Part shown: piece after piece, positions 1-8,516 of the stretch
Position numbering within the stretch: position 1 is the first letter of the stretch
How the letters are laid out: the number at the start of each line of letters is the position of its first letter
Sequence record: OM457001.1
Strand: one strand, 5' to 3'
From: Serratia phage SP1
Length of the DNA stretch: 32,000 nt
Program-made: the position numbers and the translations under genes
Notes under the pieces: generated by a model
The model's input: the letters and a program-made list of their open reading frames with translations, nothing else
The model's database searches: none
What the model was told of the DNA's origin: nothing

Positions 1-1692
1 CTCACGAAGAGAGCCAAGTCCCTTGATGTAACGAGGTTCCCATCCTTTGTACTCGGATTTTACTTTTTCATATGATGCTACATCGTAGAACCATGCATCA
101 TCTTGACCTTTCTTATGCATGATCAAAAGTGGAGTTTTAACGAATCGAATTCGACCTTGTTCGAACAATTCTGGCCAGTTGCTAAAATATGCTAATAGGG
201 ACGGATAAATCGAACCAGTACCATCAACGTCAGCATCTGTCATGATAGCGATGTTGGTGTATTGCGTATCAACTGCTGGTTCACCAATAGTAAGTCCAGT
301 AATCGCACAGATATCAAATGCTTCTGCGTTTTTCAGCATATCAGCTGGTTTCATACCCCAAGTGTTCATGAACTTACCACGTAATGGGTAACCACCTTGA
401 GTGTCTTGGTCTCGTACGTTAAGGAATGGACCAATCGCAGAATCACCTTCGGTCAAGAACAGAGTCGTTTCTGTTGATGTGCCGATTTTGTTGGCTTTGA
501 TGTGTTTAGGAACCTTAGCCTTGGCTGCTTTCTTCTGTGCCTTAGTTGCGGCTGCTGCTTCTGCTGCCAGTTTACGAGCCAGAGCAGATTCGATGATTGG
601 CATCAAAATCGATTCAGTGTTCATGAACTGACGAGACAGTTTCTTGATATCGATGTTGATATGTGCTTTCACTTCACCCCAAGTGTTCGAAAGGAACTCT
701 TTGGTCTGTGACTTGAACTTCATGTTCGGGAAGTTCCGAATCACCGATATAAAGGTGATACACTCTTTGATACGTGCCTTGGTGATTTCGATTTTGTACT
801 TGCGTTTGATTGCTGGCATCAACTCATTTGCGAGTTCATCCATAATCCATTCGATGTGGTTACCACCTTCAGAGGTGTAGATGCCATTCACAAAACTCAT
901 GGTGCGGAAACCGTCAGGTGAATTCGTCAAAGCGATGTCATAGTTATCGTCTTTGACAATCAATGCATCGCCACCAAATTGCTTGGCATAATCTTTAAAG
1001 TTCGATGAAATGCGTTTGCCATTGAACTTGAACTGAATCTGTGGGAATACCACTGATAAAGCATTCAATCGGTCATGGATGACTTCAATTGAAGTTTCAT
1101 CAATCATTGACGTTTCGAAGTGTTCGAAATCTGGGCAGAATTCAACAGAAGTGCCTTGAGTTCCACCTTTCTTGACTTTCCAATCGATCGTTTCAGCACC
1201 ATCTTTGCAGAAGACTTCAATGGTGTTTTGACCGTCACATGTAATGCCTTTGAACCATGAACTGAAGAAGTTGGTCAAACTTGAACCAACACCGTTCATA
1301 CCGGCAGTTACACGAGTTGCGTCATCACCGAAGTTACCACCAGCTTTGGTACGAGTCCATGCAGCTACTGGTGAAGGAATTGACTCACCTTCTGGAGTGA
1401 TGACATTACCTTGAGGAATTCCTCGACCGTTGTCAGTGATCTTGACGATATTGTCTTTGATGTCGACAGTGATCTTGTTTGCAAATTTGAACTGAGTTCG
1501 AACTGCTTCGTCCAGAGAGTTGTCGATGATTTCGTCGATGATTTTGACGAGACCTGCAACATAGTGAACTTGCTTGAATTCTCCAAACAAGAACCGCTCA
1601 ACTGGTTCCATTGATGTCGAACCGATGTACATACCAGGACGTTTGATGACGTGGTCGCGGTCAGACAGAATTTTGATATCGTTGTTGATCAT
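1..1692 (-). CDS. 39: DNA topoisomerase II large subunit, N-terminal 564 aa, truncated by window edge (gp39 plus gp60 toprim region in one frame)
   Basis: Open frame from ATG at 1692 to the edge, absent from the ORF track. GHKL ATPase motifs (DEIIDNSLDEA, ITDNGRGIP), toprim LTEGDSA and IMTDADVDGTGSIYPSLL. Confidence 0.95.
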   Translation of the reverse strand, partial: MINNDIKILSDRDHVIKRPGMYIGSTSMEPVERFLFGEFKQVHYVAGLVKIIDEIIDNSLDEAVRTQFKFANKITVDIKDNIVKITDNGRGIPQGNVITPEGESIPSPVAAWTRTKAGGNFGDDATRVTAGMNGVGSSLTNFFSSWFKGITCDGQNTIEVFCKDGAETIDWKVKKGGTQGTSVEFCPDFEHFETSMIDETSIEVIHDRLNALSVVFPQIQFKFNGKRISSNFKDYAKQFGGDALIVKDDNYDIALTNSPDGFRTMSFVNGIYTSEGGNHIEWIMDELANELMPAIKRKYKIEITKARIKECITFISVIRNFPNMKFKSQTKEFLSNTWGEVKAHINIDIKKLSRQFMNTESILMPIIESALARKLAAEAAAATKAQKKAAKAKVPKHIKANKIGTSTETTLFLTEGDSAIGPFLNVRDQDTQGGYPLRGKFMNTWGMKPADMLKNAEAFDICAITGLTIGEPAVDTQYTNIAIMTDADVDGTGSIYPSLLAYFSNWPELFEQGRIRFVKTPLLIMHKKGQDDAWFYDVASYEKVKSEYKGWEPRYIKGLGSLRE

Positions 1693-1730
1693 GTTTTCTC
1701 CTTAGTCTAAGGAATTTTATCACAAAACTA

Positions 1731-1752
1731 AAAAAGCCTCTTTCGAGGCTTT
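1731..1752 (-). terminator. Rho-independent terminator between the 176-aa CDS and gene 39
   Basis: Minus strand AAAGCCTCGAAAGAGGCTTTTTTAG: GC stem followed by a T-run. Confidence 0.8.
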
Positions 1753-1755
1753 AAA

Positions 1756-2286
1756 TTATGGAATGACGATGTCTACTTTGACTTCCATCCATTCATTGAT
1801 CATTGGATTTTGCGAACGGTTGATCATTTCAACTTGACCTGTGCCAACATCCAGCATACTGATGTAGTAAGGACTTTCTGCATCGATACGCATATAAGCG
1901 TTTTTGCCAGATGTGACTTCAAATATATCAGCGTCAATGTCATGGCCCACGAATTTGTAAGTATGACCTGGCACAAGGTCTTCAAGGCTCAATTGACCTG
2001 TATGCTGGTCGAGACGGAAGTTTGGAATACGAGTCACGATACCAGAGTAGTCACCACGGATAACACCATCGATGTATTCTGCAGTTTCATACTGTCCGAT
2101 GTCAGAACCGGAGATGTAGACCCATGCACAGTTTTCTTGATCTGGCTTAGTTGCTTTACGCATCAGGTGCACGGTTTGATACTGCTCACCATCCAGGTCA
2201 TGAGTTGGTGTTGCTAAACAGATAATCGCCGAAGGTACGAAATGCTCTGTGTAGATTTTGTCGTATTGCTGTTTCACGATGTTCAT
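1756..2286 (-). CDS. Hypothetical protein (176 aa)
   Basis: Complete ORF in the operon; terminator directly downstream. Confidence 0.8.
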   Translation of the reverse strand: MNIVKQQYDKIYTEHFVPSAIICLATPTHDLDGEQYQTVHLMRKATKPDQENCAWVYISGSDIGQYETAEYIDGVIRGDYSGIVTRIPNFRLDQHTGQLSLEDLVPGHTYKFVGHDIDADIFEVTSGKNAYMRIDAESPYYISMLDVGTGQVEMINRSQNPMINEWMEVKVDIVIP

Positions 2287-2381
2287 AATTTATTCCACGT
2301 TTTGATGAAGAAGGCTAGAAATGCTCCAGCCAGCACACAGGATATTTGCAAAATCAGAAAATCAGTTGGTACGTCATACAC
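2283..2381 (-). CDS. Small predicted single-pass membrane protein, 32 aa (MYDVPTDFLILQISCVLAGAFLAFFIKTWNKL), GTG start
   Basis: Fills the gap between two CDSs. Start overlaps the upstream stop region and TGA overlaps the next ATG (ATGA). Hydrophobic core. Not in the ORF track. Confidence 0.45.
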   Translation of the reverse strand: MYDVPTDFLILQISCVLAGAFLAFFIKTWNKL

Positions 2382-2898
2382 TGAATCGGTCCTGTAGATA
2401 TTTGATCATTTCGCGTGCAGCTTTTGCGTTACCGATCGTTTTGTTGATGTGCACAGACAAGGATTCCTGGACTCCTCGTGGAATCTTGACTTTCTTCTTT
2501 TTGGTCTCAGGTACAGTGGGCTGTTCTATTGCTACCTCGGCTTGAGGTGAGGCTGTCCATTCGTTTATAATAGCTTGTGCTTCATCATTTATCGCATCAA
2601 CCAACTCAGAACAGCTATCAGAGTTCGATTCAGTGATCGATACGTAACCAATCTTATGGAAATACTCAGACAGCTCGTACTTGGTCACGTACGGCGGCAG
2701 ATTTCCATAGATTCGGCGAGGGTTGAATTGAATCAGTTCATCGAAAATAGGATGGCCATTGAAGTCAGTGTCGACTTGAGTCAATACCCGAATTCCATTT
2801 TTTTCCATCAACAGTGCAAGTTCCATGTTTTGTGGACATTTTTCTTGCCAGCGAAAAGCATCTTCTGTACTTCTGAACCAGTATTGATTTCCAATCAT
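2374..2898 (-). CDS. Hypothetical protein (174 aa)
   Basis: Complete ORF overlapping the upstream 70-aa CDS by ATGA. Confidence 0.8.
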   Translation of the reverse strand: MIGNQYWFRSTEDAFRWQEKCPQNMELALLMEKNGIRVLTQVDTDFNGHPIFDELIQFNPRRIYGNLPPYVTKYELSEYFHKIGYVSITESNSDSCSELVDAINDEAQAIINEWTASPQAEVAIEQPTVPETKKKKVKIPRGVQESLSVHINKTIGNAKAAREMIKYLQDRFSV

Positions 2899-3107
2899 GC
2901 TGCATACTCCACGTAGGTAGTTCCTTGAGCAGTGATTTCGCGATGCAGAACCCGAATAGGATCTTTATCACCAACTTTTTCGAATACGTAAAGAGTCGTC
3001 ATGTGCAGCTCTTTGCCGTAGGTTTTGGATTTTTCTACCACTACCAGGTCAGGCGAAAAGTGAACATCTTCGAACTGATCTTGAGTGAGTTGTGCAATCT
3101 CTTTCAT
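2895..3107 (-). CDS. Hypothetical protein (70 aa)
   Basis: ORF preceded by CGGAGAAACAAAATG and a promoter-like leader. Confidence 0.8.
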   Translation of the reverse strand: MKEIAQLTQDQFEDVHFSPDLVVVEKSKTYGKELHMTTLYVFEKVGDKDPIRVLHREITAQGTTYVEYAA

Positions 3108-3167
3108 TTTGTTTCTCCGTTTGTTTTGATAGGGTAATCATATCAAACTACCCTATCAATGTACAAC
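3105..3167 (-). repeat. Copy 1 of a 63-nt leader/promoter repeat (other copy 14497-14559)
   Basis: 57 of 63 positions identical by hand alignment. Contains GATAGGGTA...TACCCTATC inverted repeat. Confidence 0.85.
3137..3166 (-). promoter_or_regulatory. Putative early sigma70-type promoter
   Basis: -35 TTGTAC (3161-3166), 18-nt spacer, -10 TATGAT (3137-3142) preceded by TGA; upstream of the 70-aa CDS. Confidence 0.6.
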
Positions 3168-3178
3168 TATTTGTTCAA

Positions 3179-3670
3179 TTAAACCAACGAACTACCGCGA
3201 TTCTGGTTAACGTACACCGTCAAATCAGAGACCTTAACAGCGTGGTATGTGCCTTGGTGCACACAGTTTGCCATAATGACATCACCTTGACGATAAACCA
3301 GAGTCACGAGACAACGAACAAATTTAGCTGGCCCAGCAGATGGTTTGACCCATTTACCTTCAAATTCTTCTTGTGCTTTTACCAAATCACCACGTTTGTA
3401 AGCAGCGGATCGTGCCTTAACTTCGGGAGGAATGTCGATAGGTTTTAACTGAGCAGTGGTAACTACCGGCTCAACGTATTTGTACTGAGGAGCGATGATT
3501 TTACCATCTGCAGTTTCAATCACAACTTCAGCGTAGTATCGGGTCGGTAACCGACCAATAAAGCGTGTACGGATGTTGATAGACTTCACAGTACCAACAA
3601 CGTTTTTAAATTTGCGTGAATTAACAACAACTACAGCACCAACATTGAATTTAGGTTTTTGCATTTTCAT
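3179..3670 (-). CDS. Hypothetical protein (163 aa) with possible KOW/SH3-like N-terminus
   Basis: Likely start MKMQKPKFNVGAVVVVNSRKFKNVVGTVKSI at 3670. The listed start at 3805 would overlap the upstream CDS. Confidence 0.7.
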   Translation of the reverse strand: MKMQKPKFNVGAVVVVNSRKFKNVVGTVKSINIRTRFIGRLPTRYYAEVVIETADGKIIAPQYKYVEPVVTTAQLKPIDIPPEVKARSAAYKRGDLVKAQEEFEGKWVKPSAGPAKFVRCLVTLVYRQGDVIMANCVHQGTYHAVKVSDLTVYVNQNRGSSLV

Positions 3671-3671
3671 C

Positions 3672-3920
3672 TCACTTGTAACGAATAGTAGAATTTTTGA
3701 AGAACAGCCCAGAACATACGGTGCCTTCAACACGGTTGCCAGCAACGTTTGTTCCAACGAAGCCAGTATGGAATGTGTCGTCTTTGCTGCATGCAAAGAA
3801 GTCATACCCAGTCATTTGAACATCCGTGTAGCCTTCATTTTTCAAAATGCGCTCAGCTTCTGATACATCAGTGCAGCCAACCAGAGCGAGCATTCCTAAA
3901 GCGATCAATACGTATTTCAT
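3672..3920 (-). CDS. Small predicted lipoprotein (82 aa)
   Basis: MKYVLIALGMLALVGCTD: signal peptide with lipobox LVGC. Confidence 0.8.
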   Translation of the reverse strand: MKYVLIALGMLALVGCTDVSEAERILKNEGYTDVQMTGYDFFACSKDDTFHTGFVGTNVAGNRVEGTVCSGLFFKNSTIRYK

Positions 3921-3922
3921 GG

Positions 3923-4585
3923 TTATCCTTTCAATTTATCCAATGATTTGTTAGTTTCAGAGAGTCTTACCTTAATCAAATCACGCTGTGTTGTTAAGGT
4001 TTCCAATGAAACGTAATTTTGAATAGCACGGTCAGCTGCACTTAAAGAACTTTCTAGCTGCTGTTTCCGCAGATTCAGCATCCGGATTTTAGCCCAACGT
4101 TCTGCTTGGTCAGACTGTTGTTTCTTGTACTTGATTCTGAATTGGAAATTCAGGCCAGAGCCAGTTGAAGTGAAACTCTCAACGAACGGTGAATTTTTCA
4201 GGAACCAACCTACACGATCATGCAAAACTTGTGATACATATCGACGAGGAATTCCTGTTTTCGACTGGATTCGCTCAGATCGACGTGAATACGCTTTATG
4301 ACCAGAAATGCGTAACACATCAACACCGATACCGATTGCATCTTTCGTATAGTGAATTCGAGTCCAATATCGAGCATTCTTGCTGAATGGTGTACCGATT
4401 CCGCTTTGGGAAGCGATTGTGTTGAAGAACCAGTCGTTACGAATAATTTCGTTCGACAACATCTCTGGTACACAGTGCACATCATTCAGATCGTCCCACT
4501 TAATTCGATAAATGGGATTTTCTGATCCTTTGTAAGGAAGTGGATATACACCTTCAACCACTTTCCCAAAGTCGAAATAGTTCAT
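3923..4585 (-). CDS. Hypothetical protein (220 aa)
   Basis: Complete ORF, coupled to the upstream zinc-ribbon ORF by ATGA. Confidence 0.8.
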   Translation of the reverse strand: MNYFDFGKVVEGVYPLPYKGSENPIYRIKWDDLNDVHCVPEMLSNEIIRNDWFFNTIASQSGIGTPFSKNARYWTRIHYTKDAIGIGVDVLRISGHKAYSRRSERIQSKTGIPRRYVSQVLHDRVGWFLKNSPFVESFTSTGSGLNFQFRIKYKKQQSDQAERWAKIRMLNLRKQQLESSLSAADRAIQNYVSLETLTTQRDLIKVRLSETNKSLDKLKG

Positions 4586-4758
4586 CAGCTCACCTTAGCA
4601 ACTTTGTCATAGAATCCGCCATGTACCGATCTTGGTGCAGTGACAGCTTGTGGAGAGATTTTATCACACTTTGGACAGGAAGTAAACTGTCTTTCAGCAA
4701 TCTTTTTCATGGCATCAAACTTGCCATGTTCAGGACATTCATAGCTGTACGTCGGCAT
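4585..4758 (-). CDS. FmdB-like small zinc-ribbon protein (57 aa)
   Basis: Hand translation MPTYSYECPEHGKFDAMKKIAERQFTSCPKCDKISPQAVTAPRSVHGGFYDKVAKVS. Typical MPxYxYxC start and paired Cys. Not in the ORF track. Confidence 0.75.
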   Translation of the reverse strand: MPTYSYECPEHGKFDAMKKIAERQFTSCPKCDKISPQAVTAPRSVHGGFYDKVAKVS

Positions 4759-5074
4759 TAACTGCTTTTCTCCACTTTTGGCATTTAACCTTTATTTGTG
4801 TGTTCAGTGAATCTGTTGTCTTCTGAGATATTTCTTCAAGACTCAATTCAGGATTTTCGGCCTTGATGTGCAAGAATAGTGCGTCAACTACACAGTTGAT
4901 GACATCAGCACACTCTCCAGCGAATGTCTCTTTTTGGCGCCATGGTCTGTTTACCCAATCACACATCTCTCCTGTTTCAGAGGAGAGTTGCAACATGACA
5001 TTACCTATATGGCGATCAGGTGAAACACGAGAGTAGTCTTCAGAAACAGACAATATGGTTTGCGAATCAATCAT
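4739..5074 (-). CDS. MazG-like nucleotide pyrophosphohydrolase (111 aa)
   Basis: Metal-binding pattern SSETGEMCDWVNRPW...GECADVINCVVD. Confidence 0.65.
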   Translation of the reverse strand: MIDSQTILSVSEDYSRVSPDRHIGNVMLQLSSETGEMCDWVNRPWRQKETFAGECADVINCVVDALFLHIKAENPELSLEEISQKTTDSLNTQIKVKCQKWRKAVNADVQL

Positions 5075-5763
5075 TAACCGCGACCTTTAGGCAGTGAAAG
5101 TGGATCAGTGTCTTCTTCAGAAGGAGCATCTTCAAGACCCAACGCATATCGTTTTGCATATTTCAGCATCAAGATATCTTTTGCTGTATCGTGTACCGAG
5201 TTGTGTGCAACAAATCCATCCAGAGTGCCAGCAGGAAGAGGAGTGGTGGTCATGTTACGAACCAGCAGCAGAGATTCGATTGCAGTACGAACATCACGCT
5301 GGTTCCAGAAAGCACATGGTTCCAGTTTGAAGGTGTCTTCACCTTGAGCAGCGATTTCGTTACGAATCAGGTTTACCAGAATCGGCCAGTCGAATGATTG
5401 ACCACGACACCAACCTTGGCTTTCCCAGAAGTTGATGTTTTGTTCTTTCAGGTATTCCAGAACCAGACGAGTACCAACTTCCGTGGTCACATCCTTATCA
5501 GAAGGTGTCAATCCAGCTTTAGCTTCTGGAGACTGATTTTTCCACCATTCGATGGTAGATGGATCGAATTCTCGTTTACCTTTCTGAGATTTCAGATCGA
5601 ATTTCACATGCAGTGCACGAGATACGAGTTCATCAAACGTTTCGACTACTTCAGGGTCTGGATTGAACGCAATCACAGCAACGTCGATAACGGCAGCATT
5701 AGCTGCCTTTGCGAAGGTTTCGTAGTCGAACATGAAGTCCATTGTTACTTTCATTTCACCCAA
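5074..5763 (-). CDS. dexA: Exonuclease A, T4 DexA-like
   Basis: VIDVAVIAFNPDPEVVETFDELVSRALHVKFDLKSQKGKREFDPSTIEWWKNQSPEA closely matches remembered T4 DexA; SQGWCRGQSFDWPIL motif. Start may be at MKVTMDFMFDYETF. Confidence 0.92.
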   Translation of the reverse strand: MGEMKVTMDFMFDYETFAKAANAAVIDVAVIAFNPDPEVVETFDELVSRALHVKFDLKSQKGKREFDPSTIEWWKNQSPEAKAGLTPSDKDVTTEVGTRLVLEYLKEQNINFWESQGWCRGQSFDWPILVNLIRNEIAAQGEDTFKLEPCAFWNQRDVRTAIESLLLVRNMTTTPLPAGTLDGFVAHNSVHDTAKDILMLKYAKRYALGLEDAPSEEDTDPLSLPKGRG

Positions 5764-6008
5764 CCTTGTAAACGGTTAACGATATCATCTGGCAAAAAGA
5801 TGACGATTTCAGATTTCGGGATGTCTAACTCTTCAGCTAAACGGAGGTGGTCTTCAACGAGGTTTGATGCTTCATACAGAATCTGTAGTTGAACTGCAGA
5901 TGGTTTTTTGCCTGAACCTTGACCGGCTCTGTAGACACGATCTTCATCGCGAAGTTCAGCATACCGATCCATGATTTTGGTCGCTTGGTCAGCATTCAAT
6001 TTCAACAT
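5751..6008 (-). CDS. Hypothetical protein between dexA and dda (85 aa)
   Basis: Complete ORF in operon context. Confidence 0.75.
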   Translation of the reverse strand: MLKLNADQATKIMDRYAELRDEDRVYRAGQGSGKKPSAVQLQILYEASNLVEDHLRLAEELDIPKSEIVIFLPDDIVNRLQGWVK

Positions 6009-6012
6009 GATG

Positions 6013-7347
6013 TTATCCTACATAATGACATGAATATCGAGGTCTGGTCAATCCAACATACTTGAGTTGTTTTGCCAGCTCTGGGTCAAAATATTCTACA
6101 CTACTCATGCATGGAAGGTACATAAAGGCATTATCGTAGGTAGAACCTTGAGATTTGTGGAACGTTTGTGCTGGTAATGCTTTGATTTTCTGGAACTGAT
6201 TTTTGAGTTCCCAGAAATCTTGCCAGTACTTTTTGCCGGTTGTGTTCTTGTATTCGGTTGCTACTTTGGCCAAGAACATCTGGAATCGCTGCATTTCATT
6301 TTCGTCATCGATGACTTGAATCCATGAAACGTTCGAGTTGTCTTCATCTAGAGATTCAACTTCCAGCCGATGGTATGACAAGTCCAGTTCAGCGTTCACT
6401 CCACGACAAGTGTAAGAGCGATTCATTTTCTGGATTTGAAGGATTCGGAGTTGTTCACCATTACTAAAGATGACCTCTTTGAAGGTCTCTGCACCCAGCT
6501 TCAGCTCAATCATGTAAGGCTCTTGCATTACGATGACTTCATCATGGATGAACGGCTTGTCAGTCTTGTAAACTTTACGCCGAATGTATCTGTTCAGCAT
6601 ATCGACAGATTTGTTGGTGTATGCCATCCAACGATTCGCAAGCAAATCTTCAGGTGTTTTGACCAAATCGAAATATGGAGCAAAGATACCATTCAAACTT
6701 TCGTGTTTGAACACACCAGTTCCATTAACTACGTTTGGATAAAGGTCAGCACCATTACGAACGTCAGTAGCAACTTGGATGATACCATCGCCTGAACGTT
6801 TGACTTCAGTCAAAAAGCATTGATCAAATCGTTTGTCTGAGAAGAATGGACTCAAGGATGTTTCAGAGTCACCCGGAGAGACTGGTTTGATTTGGTCTTT
6901 ATCACCTAACGCGATAATGACACACCATGAAGGCAAGGAGTTCATCAGGATATCGAACAGAGCCTTATCATAGAACGACGCTTCGTCGCAGAAAAGGACT
7001 CGTGCCTTGCTCAAGTCTGGCATCTTTTTCTGCTGGAAAATCTGGTTCTCTTCATAGGTGACTGGGTTGATTTTCAGAAGAGACTGGATAGTTTGAACTG
7101 GTTGCCCAATCAATTCTGCTAGCACTCGTTTCGCTGCGTGAGTAGGTGCTGCAGCGTAGACTCCAGAAATGCCTTGTTTCAGCAACCAGCTGAACAAGAA
7201 TTTGACTAGCGTCGACTTACCAGTACCAGCTGGACCATTGATGCAGAGATGCTGTCGTTTTACTCCGTTGCGTTGAACGTGAGCCTTGAACGACTCGAAT
7301 GAATCAAGCTGACCTTTTGTCAGCATGTCTTCTGTAATGAGACTCAT
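6013..7347 (-). CDS. dda: Dda-like DNA helicase (SF1B)
   Basis: Walker A GPAGTGKSTLV, Walker B VLFCDEASF, GDKDQIKPVSPG, KSQGSTYDNAF. Adjacent to dexA. Confidence 0.93.
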   Translation of the reverse strand: MSLITEDMLTKGQLDSFESFKAHVQRNGVKRQHLCINGPAGTGKSTLVKFLFSWLLKQGISGVYAAAPTHAAKRVLAELIGQPVQTIQSLLKINPVTYEENQIFQQKKMPDLSKARVLFCDEASFYDKALFDILMNSLPSWCVIIALGDKDQIKPVSPGDSETSLSPFFSDKRFDQCFLTEVKRSGDGIIQVATDVRNGADLYPNVVNGTGVFKHESLNGIFAPYFDLVKTPEDLLANRWMAYTNKSVDMLNRYIRRKVYKTDKPFIHDEVIVMQEPYMIELKLGAETFKEVIFSNGEQLRILQIQKMNRSYTCRGVNAELDLSYHRLEVESLDEDNSNVSWIQVIDDENEMQRFQMFLAKVATEYKNTTGKKYWQDFWELKNQFQKIKALPAQTFHKSQGSTYDNAFMYLPCMSSVEYFDPELAKQLKYVGLTRPRYSCHYVG

Positions 7348-7646
7348 ATCGCTAATTTTGCCTTCTTCAGAGTAGCAGTTCGTAATTCACGTCTACGAAT
7401 TTCTGCAATGTTCCCAGTCCACGTATGGACTACATCTTCAGTGTACTTTGGACCAAACAGCTTCTTCGGAACTACAAGACGTTGTACAAGACGTCCTGCC
7501 AAAGTGGTCTGTAAGTACTCCTTATGAGACTGAAGGAGTTTTTCAGCGTCGTTTTTGGATTCTGCAGCCAAGATTTGACCATCTTCATCAACACATGGCA
7601 TCCAGAATCCATCAACATCATGCCATGCTACAGTGTATAAATTCAT
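7344..7646 (-). CDS. Hypothetical protein (100 aa)
   Basis: Complete ORF overlapping dda by 4 nt. Confidence 0.75.
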   Translation of the reverse strand: MNLYTVAWHDVDGFWMPCVDEDGQILAAESKNDAEKLLQSHKEYLQTTLAGRLVQRLVVPKKLFGPKYTEDVVHTWTGNIAEIRRRELRTATLKKAKLAI

Positions 7647-7655
7647 GTTTTCTCC

Positions 7656-8483
7656 TTATTTGAAGATTATACCAAATTTTACACACAGCATTTCCCAGAA
7701 TTCCAGTTTTGTATCCATTGGCAAACCACGTTCAAGGTTGAATCGTTCTGCATCACTCGCTTGGAAAAGACGCTCAATTCGAGGAATAATGATGTCATAT
7801 TTCTTGAGGCGATTCGCAGCTTGACGACGAGAAAGCGCAATCTTCGGGTTTGACTTAAGTGTGAATATAATGGTTAGAGCCCTTGCAATTTGTTCCTGAA
7901 AATCATCAATTTCCTTGTTGATTCTAGCAATTGCTTGACGATGTTCAACAATTGACTTCTCAGCACCAGCAATTCGTTCAAGAGCAGGACCACGTAGTTC
8001 TTCAGACCATCCTTCCAGAGAAGCGAGTCGACGTTTCTGTTTTTCGATGGCATTGTTCATGTTCTTCGTAGCACCGTTTATCTTTTTCTGGCGGGCAGTG
8101 ATCGACTGTTTGCATGCTGCGATCATTTTCTTCTGCTGATGAATGAGCTCAGTGAAAGCGTTGTTCATGGCAAATGAGGATTCGATTCTGTCGGTATGAC
8201 GATCTGCGAGCAGAGTCTCGAGTTCCTTATCTCCACGAAAAGCGTTGTACTTCACCATCACTGGGATGACATTTCCGCGCACATATCCGAACTGGTTGTC
8301 CCAACGTTCGAATGACATGTTCTCACCTTTCTTAGTAGTGAAAGGAAGTCCAGAATATGCGCAGTGGGTCTGCATCATCAAGTTTCGAACGTATTCGAAA
8401 GTGAGGTTGAATTCTTTTCCACGTTTCTTGGCGGACTTTTTAATTTGTGCGATTTTAGCCCAAACATCAGTATCAGTAATCAT
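7656..8483 (-). CDS. HNH-endonuclease-like protein with central coiled-coil (275 aa)
   Basis: CAYSGLPF...MSFERWDNQFGYVRGNVIPVMVKYNAFRG resembles phage HNH cores, followed by a Lys/Glu/Gln-rich helical region. Confidence 0.6.
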   Translation of the reverse strand: MITDTDVWAKIAQIKKSAKKRGKEFNLTFEYVRNLMMQTHCAYSGLPFTTKKGENMSFERWDNQFGYVRGNVIPVMVKYNAFRGDKELETLLADRHTDRIESSFAMNNAFTELIHQQKKMIAACKQSITARQKKINGATKNMNNAIEKQKRRLASLEGWSEELRGPALERIAGAEKSIVEHRQAIARINKEIDDFQEQIARALTIIFTLKSNPKIALSRRQAANRLKKYDIIIPRIERLFQASDAERFNLERGLPMDTKLEFWEMLCVKFGIIFK

Positions 8484-8516
8484 TTTAAAGTTCCATTTAG
8501 CTTCAGTATGATTATC

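Noticed and set aside
1810-2217. 135-aa plus-strand ORF
   Set aside because: Lies opposite the 176-aa CDS in an otherwise all-minus operon; Cys/His/Phe-rich nonsense-like composition.
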